DNA of 64,000 bases. It comes from the human T2T-CHM13v2.0 reference genome, Homo sapiens. Numbering within the stretch: the stretch's first letter is position 1; every line of letters starts with the position of its first letter. A program made the translations under genes and the position numbers. The stretch lies in NCBI RefSeq assembly GCF_009914755.1, contig NC_060929.1. One strand, given 5' to 3'. The notes under the pieces were generated by a model, which did not search any database, was not told the origin of the DNA, and saw only the letters and a list, made by a program, of their open reading frames with translations. Shown piece after piece: positions 13,515 through 27,699 of this stretch.

Positions 13515-13846
13515 AGTCGGACCTCTGTATTCATGGGCTCTGCATTCTTGGATTCAACCAACCACAGATGAAAAATATTTTTTAAAAAATTGCGTTGGTA
13601 CTGAACACATACAGACTTTTTTCTTGTTATTATTCCCTAAACAATAGAGTATAGCAACTATTTACATAGCATTTACATTGTCTTAGGTATTACATTTTGT
13701 CTGAAGATAATTTAAAGTATATGGGAGGATGTGTAGGTTATATGCAAAAACAATGCTATTTTGTATAAGGGACTTGAGTATCTTTGGGTTTTGGTATTTG
13801 AGGGAAGTTCTAGAACCAATCCCTCATGGATACCGAGGAAAGACTT
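13515..13846 (-). mobile_element. MER2 (TcMar-Tigger MITE)
   Basis: ta-cagtcggacctctgtattcatggg..ggattcaaccaacc...aaccaatccctcatggataccgaggaaagact. TIR-like ends, about 330 bp. Confidence 0.82.
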
Positions 13847-13861
13847 AATATTTCCTTTGTT

Positions 13862-14090
13862 CTCAAGTAGCAAGTGTGCTTTGGGTTCACTTTGAACTTC
13901 ACCCCATCACAACGTATGTACTGACCTTGCGAAGCAATCTCATCATTCTATGTCTTAGTTTCTTTGCCATCAACAAATGGTCACCAGAGTATCCAATTAG
14001 TATGATTGCTATGGGGTTTTCAACATAGTAAATGTAAACAGGTTAAAAGAATGATGAAAATGTAGCATGTGCTCCATAAATGTTAGCAAT
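13862..14090 (+). mobile_element. MIR SINE remnant
   Basis: tgaccttgcgaagcaatctcatcattctatgtcttagtttctttgcc core and gtgctccataaatgttagc tail. Confidence 0.65.
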
Positions 14091-14155
14091 TGTTGCTGGT
14101 GGTGGTGGTGGTTGTTGTGGTCGTGGTGGTGGTGATAGTGGTAGTGGTGGTGTTG
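14090..14155. repeat. Imperfect (GGT)n microsatellite
   Basis: Directly visible at the MIR tail. Confidence 0.9.
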
Positions 14156-15082
14156 GCTTGCTGATATTTTTGTACTTGCCAGGTATTGAAAGTGGTATTT
14201 TTTACAGGTCCTAATATAGTTATTCAGTTGTTGATGATTATGCTAATAAGTGCTAATGTATTGCAACACCCAATATCATAAATAACTTTGGTAAAATATT
14301 GTTGTACTAATTGTCTTGCCTAAGATACTCCATCTTTCTTACAAATTCTGTAGAGTATATAACGCATTTGAATTTAGAAAACATACATAGCTAACAGTGC
14401 AGAGCTAAAAACCCCTAAACTAGTGGTGAACAGCTCAATTTGTTAGAGGACCATGAACTATTTTTTGTTTATTTATATTGCAGGTTAATTGTATGAACTT
14501 TAAGCTACACATTTCAATGCTTAGCTCAGCCCTGAATCCACTTGACTGCACAAAAACTTCTCCTTAGCTTTCTTTTTGTGGTTTTTCTGATATAAATGGC
14601 CTCCTGTGTGACCTACAGAAATAACACTGCATTTTAAAAAGAGTATTCAACATTCATTAAAAAGATTAAAGGCCTAACTCTTGGTTTTGACCCCATCAGA
14701 ACTGACACACCAAGGGCCTTTGCTTCTGAATCCTGGAGACCAAATAAGCACCTTTTATTATGACCTTGAGACACAGACATTTTCTTATGGTGCCATTAAT
14801 AGAAAATGATCATTACAGCAGGCTGAAACTTTTAGTAATATGCACATCAAGCAAAACTATAAAGGTAACAAGATTACATATCAGTAAAGAAATGTTCTTT
14901 ATATCCAACCATCAACTGGGTAAGAATACTGCTGCTAAATTGTGAAGTTAACAAGGTACCCATTGGCAATACCTTGAAGAGTGAAAACAAACAAATTCAC
15001 TCCAGTCGGCATAGGAGACAGCTTAACTCTAAATAAAAACAATATGTTTATGAAGTCTTAAAGGAATTTAATACAGTAGTAT

Positions 15083-15542
15083 TGACAGAGCAGCAGCATC
15101 ACTATCTTGGACGAGCACTGTCATTTTAAAGTTCACCTTGATCAAAAATTGCTTAAATCCAAAGGGCATCAGCCTCATGGCTAAGGTCAGCATGGCCATA
15201 AATCACAAATAACATCTCCAACCAGAAACATTCCAAACCCCTCCCCAACCAAAGACATGCCAGCCCTGAGATAACCTCCCCTCTGGCCGGAGAGATGTCA
15301 GCCCCAAAATAACCTCTGCTCCAACCAGAGACATTCCAACCCCACCATAAACTTCTCCCCTCACAGAAACACTCCAAGCTTGTGATAAGCTCTCTCACTC
15401 TAAAAAAACAATAAATACTCTTAGAGAGCGCTCCTGACCGAAATTGTCCAGAAGCCCCTCTCAGGTTTATTCTCCAAAATAAACTTGTCTGTGACTGTTT
15501 AGCCACTTTTTGTGTTTGTTTCCGCTTTCTTTTACTCTTACA
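15083..15542 (+). mobile_element. Solo LTR, ERV1 class (family not assigned)
   Basis: TG...CA termini, 4-bp TSD gtat (15079-15082 and 15543-15546), AATAAA at 15478-15483 followed by a GT/T-rich U5, internal short repeats, 460 bp. Confidence 0.85.
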
Positions 15543-16097
15543 GTATCACTTCTGAAGACTTTAAGAAAAGGCTGTGAATGATTGCTGTGTTAAGTAGTCT
15601 GCAGTTGCTTAGAGCAGAGTTTTCCAACCTGGGCACTGCTGACATTTTGGGCTTGATAATTCTTTGTTGTGGGCAACCTTATATAGAAAAAGATGCAGCA
15701 TGCAGTAAACTAGGAATTCAAGACCTAGCTGGTCTTTCCCACTTTCCTCCCTCAGGTTGCCATCAGCAGCACATTCTACCACCTTAGGGACTGATGTTGG
15801 AAGGCATCAGGCTAATCTTTTTTCTTCACCCCAAGTGCATTCCATACGATTTGTATCTGTTTCTTTCTCTCTCTTTCATTAACTACCATCTCCGTCACAG
15901 TCTAAAAATCCTCATTTCTTCACCCTGAATGATTGAAAACTCTTTTTCAGCCAATCTACTCCCTCTGGTCTCACATCATATCACCTCCCTATCAACTGAC
16001 TTAAAATATTTCTCAGGCAAATTCTTCAAATACCTTTAAGCAAGATGGATTAGTCTCTCCACCAACCTCCCCAAACATTCCTAACTACCTATAAGGC

Positions 16098-16322
16098 CAG
16101 ATTTCTAAACACCAGCATCCTGATATCTTACAGCAGATAATTCTTTATTGTGGGAGGCTGCTTTATGCATTGTGAGATCTTTAACAGTAGTCCTGACTTC
16201 CACTGACAAGACACCGGTAGCACCATCAAACCAGTGTGAACAACCAAAATTGTTTCGAGACATTGCCAAATGTTCCGTGGGGCTGGCAAGAGGCAAAAAT
16301 CACACCCATTTGAAGAACCACT
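16098..16322 (-). mobile_element. MER20 (a second short MER20 piece lies at about 15616-15673)
   Basis: gataattctttattgtgggaggctg..tgcattgtgagat...caaccaaaattgtttcgagacattgccaaatgt...gaagaaccact. Confidence 0.8.
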
Positions 16323-16580
16323 AGCCCAGTTTAGTACTTCTCAAACTATCTGTGGTGAAATACCAGTATTTTTTATTTTTAATATTTTAATTCAACTTCA
16401 GACTGATTTTTTATAATAATATTTACACAACACTCATGCTCAATTCATGCATTTGTTTGATTGTGTTCAGAAACCAAAATGTTTGAGAGTGGCCTTGGTC
16501 AAGGTACACTGCTAAAATAAGGTATTGCAGGTCCAGTCAATATTTGTATTAACACTTCATATAATAAGGTATGCAACTAG

Positions 16581-16753
16581 TTTGTTTGTTTACTTAATTT
16601 CTCTTTAGAGACAGGGTCTGATTTTGTTGCCCAGGCTGTGTTCCACTGGCACAATCATAGCTCACTGCAGCCTCAAACTCCTGGGCTCAAGTGATCCTCC
16701 CACCTCAGCCTCCTGAGTAGCTGGGATTACAGGTGCAAGCCACTGTGCCCAAC
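16581..16753 (-). mobile_element. Free Alu monomer (FLAM/FRAM-like)
   Basis: Single arm gagacagggtc..tcatagctcactgcagcctcaaactcctgggctcaagtgatcctccc..ccactgtgccc, with no partner arm. Confidence 0.85.
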
Positions 16754-19700
16754 TGCAGGAAGTTTAATAATATTACAATGCAAAGTGATCTAAACAGTTA
16801 TAAGAAGAGCTTGCATATTTGAAATGTCAGGGAGTTCAGAAGAGCAAATAATGCATATGTGTGTTGATATTCTGTGTAATAAAAAAGTGTCTGCAAATAA
16901 TATCTACAGATGTACTGCTTAAATGAATGGGTGAGTGAATAGAACACTAAGAAGGAGTCTTTCTTGACTGTACATAAAGTTTGTGCACTCAAAGGGAGAC
17001 ACTTCATGGAAGTGGGTCTCCATAAGTCCAGAGGTAATGTCTGCACATCACCAAGAAAGGTGTTAAGCACATAGTTATTGCCTGATAACTGTATTGAATA
17101 AGTAAATTATTAATTTCATTTCTGCACATATTACCAGTTAATAAATGAATGGGTGAATAAAGGATTGAAGAGTAGATGTTCTTGAGAAAGGCAATGAAAA
17201 ATCTTCCTGTGTAAGGGACACAACCAATCGTCTCCTTGCTTTGTCCACAAGGTCTGTGCTGTCGAGATGATGTATTATATGAAAATGCATGTCAGAGTGT
17301 GATGTAAATATGTGATGTTTATAAATCAAGATACAGAAAAGTGGCCAAATAAATGAGGTGGTGCTAAAATCCAATTCCAGAAAAGTTTGTTAATTTGTCC
17401 TTGAGAGTGTATATAAAAGTACGTGAGAGTGAATGAGCGGGCTGTATGGATGTGATCTGTAGAGATGCCCTGCTTTCCACAGCTTGAGTACTGCACCATT
17501 TAATCAAAGTAGCAAGGTTATAAAAATCGTATCTCTGAAACAGAACCCAATCTTGGTTTCAAATGATTTTATGATGTCAGCTCAACAACTTGATCATATT
17601 GCTTGCCTTGTAAAATGTTAAGACAGCTATCAGACTGTTTTTAATTTACTCTCTTGGCATGGATCTTTCTCTAGTTCTTGTAGCATTCTGTCAGCACAAT
17701 TTTCCTATTGAATGTCAATGAGATGTTCTACTGTGATTTCTTGTTTTTAAGCCAATATTCCAAGTGAACTACAAAACATGGGAGTGTTGATTGACACAGA
17801 AGAAATGTTTATCTTTTTTTAGCACAGAGCAATTTTATATTTTACATTATCAAAATATCACACAAAATTGAGGGATAAATATATTCATATATGTCTCATC
17901 AGTATGTCAGATACATATATATATGCATATTTATATATATAAAGAGGATGAGTTTGTTGATTCTATATCATTTCATTAATTAAATGTATTTCAAGAGAAA
18001 ACTACACAAAATCATAGAAGTTATTATTATGTTTAATTCCAAATAAGCCATTTTAAGAGGGTGTTTTTGGCAATTTTCCATAAGCATTATTACATTTTTA
18101 GAATAGGAGTCAGAAAAAGAAGGGTAAAAGAGAAGGATCACATTTTTAAACAGCTACCTTCACTTTTAGTAGTTTTATGTTATAATGAACTTCTTCTAAA
18201 GCTATTTTTAATACCAAAATCATCATATTTTTATAAAAAGAAATCCATTTGTAAAATTCCAAGACTATATTACTTTAGATGTGATTGTATACATTAAGAA
18301 GAAAATAATTCACACAGGATTTCTTTTAGTACCTTACTAGTCTGGTGAAATTAACATATGCTTCCACCTACACATAAATTTAAAGAATACATTTGTTGTG
18401 TAAATCCAGGTTCAGGTGTACAGCCCCTGCATCTGTTCACCCAGTATTTCAAGAAAATTCACTTAATAGAAAGACCTAAAAATTGAAAAAGCGAAGTGTC
18501 AATTCTGTAAAGCAAATCTTTCTTATGACAAATTTCATATCAGTAATGTATGGATATATACATATGCATTTATATATATAGCAATTATTGGTAATGGCTC
18601 AATTAATTACCCACACCTGTCTCGTGTTTTGAAGTCTCATATTTGAAATATTTCTCTGTTGAGATGTAGAAAATAATCTCACTCTTACTAGGAGGGTTGA
18701 CTTGGAGAGGGAAAGATGTTCTGTCTCTTGGTCTCCAACAGAAGTCATTTGTTTCCTGGTAGTTAGGTTTGTATTTTTAGAAGTGACTAGTAAGTTCTAT
18801 GTAAGAGTCATTTCTTTGGGGAGGATTAATTGTAGCTATCATGCCTATCAAGCCATCAAAGATCCCACCTCCTGCCATGAGCAGACAATGGTGTCAGATA
18901 CTTGAGTGACACTTCCCCTGTCAAAGCTCCATAAAATCCCACCTGGCTATGCAGCTGCTGCAGGGCTTTGGCAGTTCGCCAGAAACTCTTCATTTCAGGC
19001 TCTTGCCTCTTAACTTGCACATGAAGTGTGAGATGAAGTGCTCAATGTTCATCAAAATGATGCATAGCTCTCATGCCTAAAATAGACACCATTTTATAAT
19101 TTTCAAGCTGTGGGGTGTGAGGCACCATGTTTTATCTGAAATTCCAATGTCCCAAATGTCCTGAAAGTGAAAAGATTTGTCCCACAATTGGTACACACTC
19201 ACTTAGGGACAAAACCTGATCATTTGTAAGGCAATGAGAGAATGAAAGTGCCTCCTAAGTAAGGTTATTCTTGGTATCCTGTAAAAATAATGATGACTTT
19301 AATGACAGGGTACCATCCCCCACCCCAGTGGGGATGTAGGTGACATACTGTGTTTGTGCCCTATAATCATTTTTAAAATCTCCACAAGTATACCTTTCAA
19401 AATACATTTGCCTCCAGAGATTCAAAGGAGAGACCAAGGATCTATACCTTAGAGATGTAACCTTGGCCTCTTAAATGACAATGAGTAAAACTAGGACCTA
19501 AGATTTGGGATGTTTCCAAAGATAACACACCTGCCAAATGAAGGACTAGAACTAGAATTTTTCTAATGCTTCCAGGACTTGAACCCAGTGTCAACACTCT
19601 ATACCTCACTGAAAGATTTCTTTTGAATTGAGCAGAATTGATTCATGGACATGGCTTTCATTTGCTCTGTTAGGGCTACAAAGCCAATACAGACAATATT

Positions 19701-22226
19701 TATTGCTCTTATGTTGCTTTTACAGATCACTTTCCTGAGTTTTAAATAGGTACATGCATTAGAGGAATGACTATAGCATTGCTTTTAAAAGATGGTATTT
19801 TCCTGGTCATTGTTTATAATATTTAATCAATGTTGACAACTGCAATGTAATTTTTATTTACAGGTTAGAATAAGAGAAGACAATATTACTACCTTTCCTA
19901 GCGTTAAGTTCTGGTGTTTTTACTGACATATGATTTCATCTTGCATAAACTCCACCTAGCTTTTAAAAGCAATTTTAAAAAATTGGTCAGTAATTATACA
20001 ACCTGTCCCTGAAATCCAACATATAACTTCTTGTACAATAATTGGGAGGAAATAAAGTGGTTAAGAAGAGAAAATGATCCATTGCCAAGTGGCTGTTCAA
20101 TCATGATTGCTACTAAGTTATTTTAAAGAATATTAGTGCACTATAAACCAATTTTACTGATTTATAATCACTAGGAGAGTACCCAGAAGTGGCTCTGGAA
20201 TTAATGATCAGTTTGTATTTAAAGTAACCACCTTTAGTAATGGTTTTCTCTAAGTGGACTTCCTTAAGAGTAGCACTTTGACTTAATTACACTGACAGTT
20301 CGTGTTTATCACCCTTTGGCTGCAGTGGGGAACCTTAAAAAGATTTAACATAAATGTGATTCTTTTTTCTCATGAGGTGCAAGAGCAATGAAGCAATGTA
20401 AGATGTGAAAAAAATTCTAAAAATAGTACACTTGTCAACAGAAACTAGGGCATTGAACTTAATTGCTTAAGTTAATGATGCCTATGACACAGATTACAGC
20501 AAAGCGTATATGGAATGCACAGATGCTTGGCTTTAATTTTATGTTCACTGGCATTGATAATTTTTGACAGTCACATTTAAATAGGCAAATAGTAATAAAT
20601 ATGATTTGTTTACAAGGTATTTTCCAGTACATATTTTCTCAAGTAAAAAGATTATTTTTGCCTGTAATTTATTTTAAAAAGTCAGAGAAAGCTCTGATTA
20701 TAAGTTCCTATAATTCCTCAAATAAGGAAAAGAGCAATAAAATCAGAGTCATGAGAATTATGTTCATTCTTATTCTCTATTCTAGTTTACTGCAAGACTT
20801 AAAGCAAACAAGTTATCTTTTGGTCATTCCACCTTAAATGCCAAATGAGGTTAAAAATGCCTACCCCATTTACAATACAGAGTTAATAGGAGAATCAAAT
20901 GGGATAATACACATAAAACTTGTAAATCAAGAACAACTTCTTAATGTTATTTAAATAAAAATATAACAATTGTATACCTTTGACAATAACAAAACCTGAG
21001 TAGACTGTGTTCCAATCATGTAGCATACAATGTTTTATTGAATGCTGTAATAGGAACATTTTCCCATTTATTACTGATTATAAAAAGCCTAGCAGAAAAC
21101 CTGGTGAACTCAGATTTACCAGATTGTATGACGCTACTTTAAAATATCATTTACTCTAATAGTAAAATTATTAATAATTAAACTATGATCTCTTAGCTTA
21201 ATATCGATTGTTGATTCTAATATTAAACCACCAAAAGGAAAATAAAGTTAATATTACAACTGTACCCAAGAAGTAAATGTTGTGATTTCTTCATTTCTGA
21301 GAACCTACAGTCTAGAAAGAAAATTAGTAAAAAAAAGGCACAGGCAATCTGGGCTGTCTTTACACTTCTACAATAAACTAGCCTTGTCATGTGGTCTGAA
21401 CCACAGTGATCTTACATTTAAATGAAGATGTTGAAGTAAACAATTTCTAAAGTAAGCTAGAGTCCTATGGTAGGTACCACAAGCCTTTGGTCCCAAGACA
21501 CTTACTCTCTGTATCAATGCTCATACTTTCAAACATATTTCACACTACATGTCCATTTTTTAGAAAAATAAAACACATCAAATACGTTTGTCATTTTCTT
21601 TTTTTTTTTCACAAGTAGCTCCTGATGTGCCTAACAGTGCCGTGGACAAGTCTGTGATCTGCTAAAGCCTATCCCTACCTCCTCTTAGTCAAAAATCAAA
21701 GAATTAGAATCAAAAGATATATAGATGTGGTTAAAAATGCCAATACCAATGGAACAAAAATGGGTTCATTTTTCCTTCATTCATCTCTACAGCCTTTCAT
21801 CCAGCCAGGATTGGTGCATCATTTCCTTTGTTTTTATTTTCATTGCCTATTTGGCTCTTTTCTCCTCTAGGTTGTCTCCAAATAATCACAGTTGCCTTCC
21901 AATGATGCAGAGTAGTATGAAATTAGACCATGTTCACACATGGTGACTCCTGTTGTTTACAATCTGATGAAAAATTAAACAGCTAAAATAATGGCAGGAA
22001 GTTAATTGATGAGGATAGATTAGTTCCATATATAATTATTTGTCCACTAACTTCATAGAGTTAGCAATTAGTTTATGGTTTTGGACCCTCTCACTCTATA
22101 GCAAAATCAGGTCTTTTACCATATGTTCAAAATCATTCTGTACAAAGATTAAAATAATATGTATAATATTAGAATCTCAGATCATCCATCTTAGAGTGAG
22201 TAGCAGGTATATTAAAAATGCTCTGT

Positions 22227-22519
22227 TGCCAGGCATGGTGGCTCACACCTATATTTCCAACACTTCGAGAGGCCGAGGTGGGAGAATTGTTTAAGCCTAG
22301 GTGTTCAAGACCAGACTGAGAAACATGGCAAAACTCTGTCTCTACAAAAAAATACAAAAATTAGCCAGGTGCAGTGGCACACGCCTGTAGTATCAGCTAC
22401 TACAGAGGCTGAAGAACAAGCACTACTTGAGCCTAGGAAGGACAGATTGCAGTGAATTGATATTGCACCACTGTACTCCAGCCTGGGTGACAGAGTGAGA
22501 CTCTGTCAAAAAAAAAAAA
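22227..22519 (+). mobile_element. Alu, AluJ-like
   Basis: gccaggcatggtggctcacacct...ttgagcctagg..ccagcctgggtgacagagtgagactctgtc plus A tail. Confidence 0.93.
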
Positions 22520-23616
22520 GCCTTGTAATAGGACATATTATTAAAGGTCACCTTTTCCTTCCCATATAGTCACCATCTGTGTCCCACTGAAAGAAGAGGC
22601 TACAGGTGACGTTCTTTTTTAAATCAGAGACAGCTCAATATAAACTATATTCTAGTGAGATGTGGCAAAAAAAAAGACTATTCCATCTACTCACACACGT
22701 ACACATACAAAACACAACACTATTTATCAGCCACTCATCTGTCTGTGTAACACATAATTTAGTGATGGGTTTTTACAAGATGCCTCTGGCTACTTTTGAG
22801 GTGGATATTTGTGCAGAGAAGGACAGTTTCCTAAACCTGAATTTATTATGTTATTGTGCTGGGACACTTAAACCAATGTAGTTCAAAGGACTTTGAGAGG
22901 CCATCTCCGGTGCCAGCTCAATACCCATCAATGGTGGGGGCCACACTGCCTCTAAAGGATGTTCTTGGTTTGTCTGAATATATAGACAGGAAGGCCACAG
23001 CAGCAATAGCATTTAAATGAGGTAAAATTCTCTTTAGCTCCAGCAATGGCAAGTCATGCTTTTGCCACTTCAAGCCATGAAATTGTTTAAAATTGTGTGA
23101 CAAAATTTAATATAGCAACAAATATGCAGGGCAAGGTATAGACAGATACAACTGCTCTAATATAGATCCCTAGATGATTCAGGATACACTTGGGGAACAA
23201 GAATAGCAGGGTCATAACAAATTCTATACTAAGATTGAAATAAGGATACCAGCATTTCTAACTCGCAGTCTCAAACCATATATTTTAGATCATTTGGTAA
23301 GCCTACGATCAAAATAAAAGTATCTTCTGTAGATGGCATATGTATAATCAACAATTACATTTTAATCCATAAATTATCTCCTTTTGTACATTTTAAATGA
23401 TGTATAAAAATAATAATTGATGTAAAATATAATTATACTCATTCTATTTTTCTCTTTTATTTGACACCTTTGAATTAATGTATAACTGCTAAGTACAAGG
23501 TGAAATCACAGCAAAGTTATCTGAGAAAAAATGTCTATTGGTGAAAAATGTGCAGTACTTACTTTTTTCTTTAAGTATGTTTGAGTTATACAGTAATGTC
23601 ACTTAAACTGTCTAGA

Positions 23617-23936
<320 letters not shown>

Positions 23937-26622
23937 AATTGTTTTTGCATCAGAAAAGTATAAAATTTACTATTTTGCTCAATATAGTCATGCTATTCAA
24001 TCTATAGGAAATGAAATAAAAATGCTGATTAATGAGTATAAATTGCAAAAGCAATACCAGCACTGAGTCTAGCGAAAAAAATGAGAGATGTCTGAAAGCT
24101 CTGTAGCATGTTCAGACCATTTCATTTCATAAATTTCTGTGTATAAACTAACCAATCATCGACCTTCCATATATCAGGTCAGTTTAATTTAGATAATGTT
24201 AGGCAATCCCCTCTCTGTAAAATGCTGTGAGACCTTGATTTTACATCTGGAACAAAGATTTTTTCTTTTAATTTTGAGTAAGTGTTATACTGAATTACAC
24301 TATAAATCATAGAGCACATACATTGGGCAATGTTATGGTACAGTCTGACATGTCAATTTAGTAGAGTATGTCATTTCTGCATAGTAAGGAAAGAAGAATG
24401 GGCATGTTCTGTGCTTGAAAAGACAGAGAACCTATAATCCATATGTATGCACAATAAAAAAATACATTGAAAGCCTTTTGCATGGTGTATCAAAGTATAT
24501 TTATTTTCTAGGGCCCCATTTAAAATCTTAACGCCTACATATTTTTCAGTATTACAAAAAGCCAAGCCTACTTATCTTACTGTGATCTCAAGCAAATGCA
24601 AAACAAATAAACTAATCTATTTGGTATTTCATCTGCAATAGGTATAACAAAAATAAAGCATAGATCTGTTTGGAAAATGCGATTGTAAAGTGCTTCAGAT
24701 GGTGGTGCATTAGGAGATAACTTTTGCATTTTAAATCATATTTATGATGCACATCCATTTGAGGGCTGTTTTATAGACCATATGCAGAAAACAGTGTCCT
24801 AAAGAAAGTTCATCTCAGAAAAACTGTTGTAATTAAAAATTTAAAATAAAACAAACTCATGTAGCAAAACTGGATGGGGGAGTTAGTGTGAAAGTTAGTT
24901 TTAAAAGGTTAGCTTGTGAATGTCCAGTTCAATATTTACTGGATCACTTTATACAGACAAGAGACTTGTTACATAATTACATGTATGTTTCAGAGTTGAG
25001 AATATTGAGAGACATGGGTAAGTATCTCTCTCAAAAAGCCAGTAACACGCCTTCTCAATGACTGGCCGGTGATTCAGAATGCTGAGACTATAAATGCATT
25101 AATTAGTCGTCAGTCCAATTTCTCCTCAATGAAAAATGTATTTGTTTATAAAAGATCATTGTCATATACTATTATATTTTCTAAACTATACCATTTTCCT
25201 GATTAGAAATAGAAATTTTCCTTCTTAGTAAATAGTGCTTCTTTCTATTTCTGGTGCATTCCAAATTTTAGATAAAATTAAAATGTACAGTAACATATTC
25301 CAGAGCTGATAATATAAACTCATTGGGGGATAAAAATAAATAAATGCATTTTATTTTATAAGTCATGTATCAACTAATACATCAAATTGTGTTCAATATG
25401 TTTTGATAGTGGGTTAATTAACATCAATTATAGCTTATTTAGTGTTTAAATAGGTAAGTGGTCTGAACGTATTAGGGGAATTTGTAGAAACAAATATCTA
25501 ATGAATAAAACACATTGAGTAGGGGATTGGAATATTGAATGATGCAGTAATGGAAATTCAGTCTCTCGAGCACTATTTCCGCCCATGGAAACCTTCTCCC
25601 CAACTCCATTATTAATATTACATGGGGTAAATTTTATAGGCAAATACTGCATTGGATCCAAAGGAATGAAATTAGTTTGTTTTGATTATTCTGTTAATCA
25701 ATTTGTACAATTAATTGATCTTAGATCTGAACTTCCTTTATGTCTGTTTAATAAATGTCATGACACCTTCTGCATCTATAACACACTAAAAACATCTACT
25801 TTACAGGTTCATTTGTTATTTGCCTTTTAACCTGTCAATATACTCCCATAATAACTTTAAAGACTTCAGATACATACAAAGTGGATCAAGTAACAGAAAT
25901 CATGTTGACGTAGTTGGTCTTGTTAACATAGCTGACAAAGCTTATTTATGCTTATAGATTATTGTCACTTTTCCTCCTCCCACCAAAGATGAAATAAATG
26001 AAAGTGGAGTTTGTACAAAGGATAATTTTAACACGTTTCCAATGCTTCTGCAACCCTCCACTACCCTGTGTGGCTTGTATAATCTAAATCTTCACAGTGT
26101 ATTTATACGTACCTAGAAATACAATAAAAACAGCATATCCAGTGCTTCCCAGATTTAAAACCCCTAGAAAATTAGAAAACTATCATTTTTTTTCCATTTA
26201 AAATGCCTACCAAATAACATGAAAGTTCCCAAAAAGAGGTTGGTGAACTAGGCTGTTGAAGCCAGCTTGTTGGTGTCTCTCCCTGTGTTCCCTTAGCTTA
26301 CTCTCTTGGCCACAGAAGGGAGTCTCCGTGAGAATCGGTGCCTCTTGTGTGTATCTCTATAACATATCCGACCCACCTATGGGATAGGCCATCCTCCGAG
26401 AGGCAGGAGAAGGTAAATCATTATCCTAGATAATTCCAACTTTCAAAATTTATCTTAGAAGGTTGCCAGTGGGTCTGAACACAGTTTCTCACGGTGGCTA
26501 TTAGTTTGTGGGGGCATGTCGCATTGCCATCCCTCCATTCTTGTCTCTCTTTCCTCTCCCCCTTTCTCATAGTGCTTCCTAGAATTGTCACCCCTCAAAA
26601 CCATTTGACCACCAAATCCAGG

Positions 26623-26966
26623 GTTTTTTGTTTGTTTGTTTGTTTTTTAAGTGACAGGGTCTCGCTCTCTCATTTAGGCTGGAGTGCAGTTGCATGATCA
26701 TAGCTCACTGCAGTCTTGACCTCCCGGCCTCAAGGGATCCTTCCAACTCAGCCTCCCAAGTAGCTGGAACTTCAGGCATGTATCACCATCCCTGGCCTAG
26801 TTTTTTGTTTGTTTATTTGTTTTTTTTTTGTTTTTTTTGTTTTTTTGTAGAGATGAGGTTTCACTATGTTGGCCAGGCTGGCCTGGAATTCCTGGCCTTA
26901 AGCAATCCTCCCGCCTAGGACTCCCAAAGTGCTGAGATTATAGACCTGAGCCACCGCACCTGGCCT
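26623..26966 (-). mobile_element. Alu, AluJ-like, with expanded middle A-rich linker
   Basis: J-type gatcatagctcactgcagtcttgacctcc and aagcaatcctcccgcc. T-rich linker at about 26801-26846. Confidence 0.92.
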
Positions 26967-27699
26967 CCAATCCACTTCTTAAGATTTACTTTTGTGCCAC
27001 TCAGCCCAGCCATCTTGGAATATGTTTTCAATTCTAAGGCAAAATTATCTTTTCCTTTTTTTTTTCTTGAGGAAATAATAAAAAGTTTACTTTCTTATCA
27101 TTGGATCTCCCAACATTTCTATATATAAAGTCTCAAATTCCAATTCATGTTTATCACAGCCAAGATACTTTATATTTTTGTATTTTTTACTCTTCCAGAG
27201 AGCTATTTTGTTTCTGAGTTAAATAATAGAACAATATTATGTAGGCATCTACTCTGTATTTGGCCTGCCTCTCAGTGGAGAAAGCAGTATTGATACAGTA
27301 CCATAGTTACAGTTCATCTACTAGTTGCTATGTAGTTCAAAACGACTGGAAATTTCTAATATAGAGAAATATTTCATAATTTGTACTGTTCTTGTTGGTG
27401 TCATGGTTAATCTAAAAACCAAGGATCCACTGTGAGATAATTGAATGTTGATTTTTAGTTAATACCAAGTATTGATCGACAATCTCCAGATTTTACAGAA
27501 GAGCAAACAGCTGAACTGAAAGGGAAATATTTTCCCAATTACCTTCAACTATGGGTCTCATATGTGAGCTCCTCATACAGCAAAACTCGTGACAGCTCTA
27601 ACTGTATTTGCTGTTCCTAGTTTGTTGTTTCATTCAGTTTCTCTCTAAATTGGATTCACGAAATTACCTTCCAGGTATTTTGCCCACAACTTCCTCTTA

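Noticed and set aside
17409-17419. TATA-like tatataaaag
   Set aside because: No CpG island or other promoter context, and such motifs are common in AT-rich DNA.
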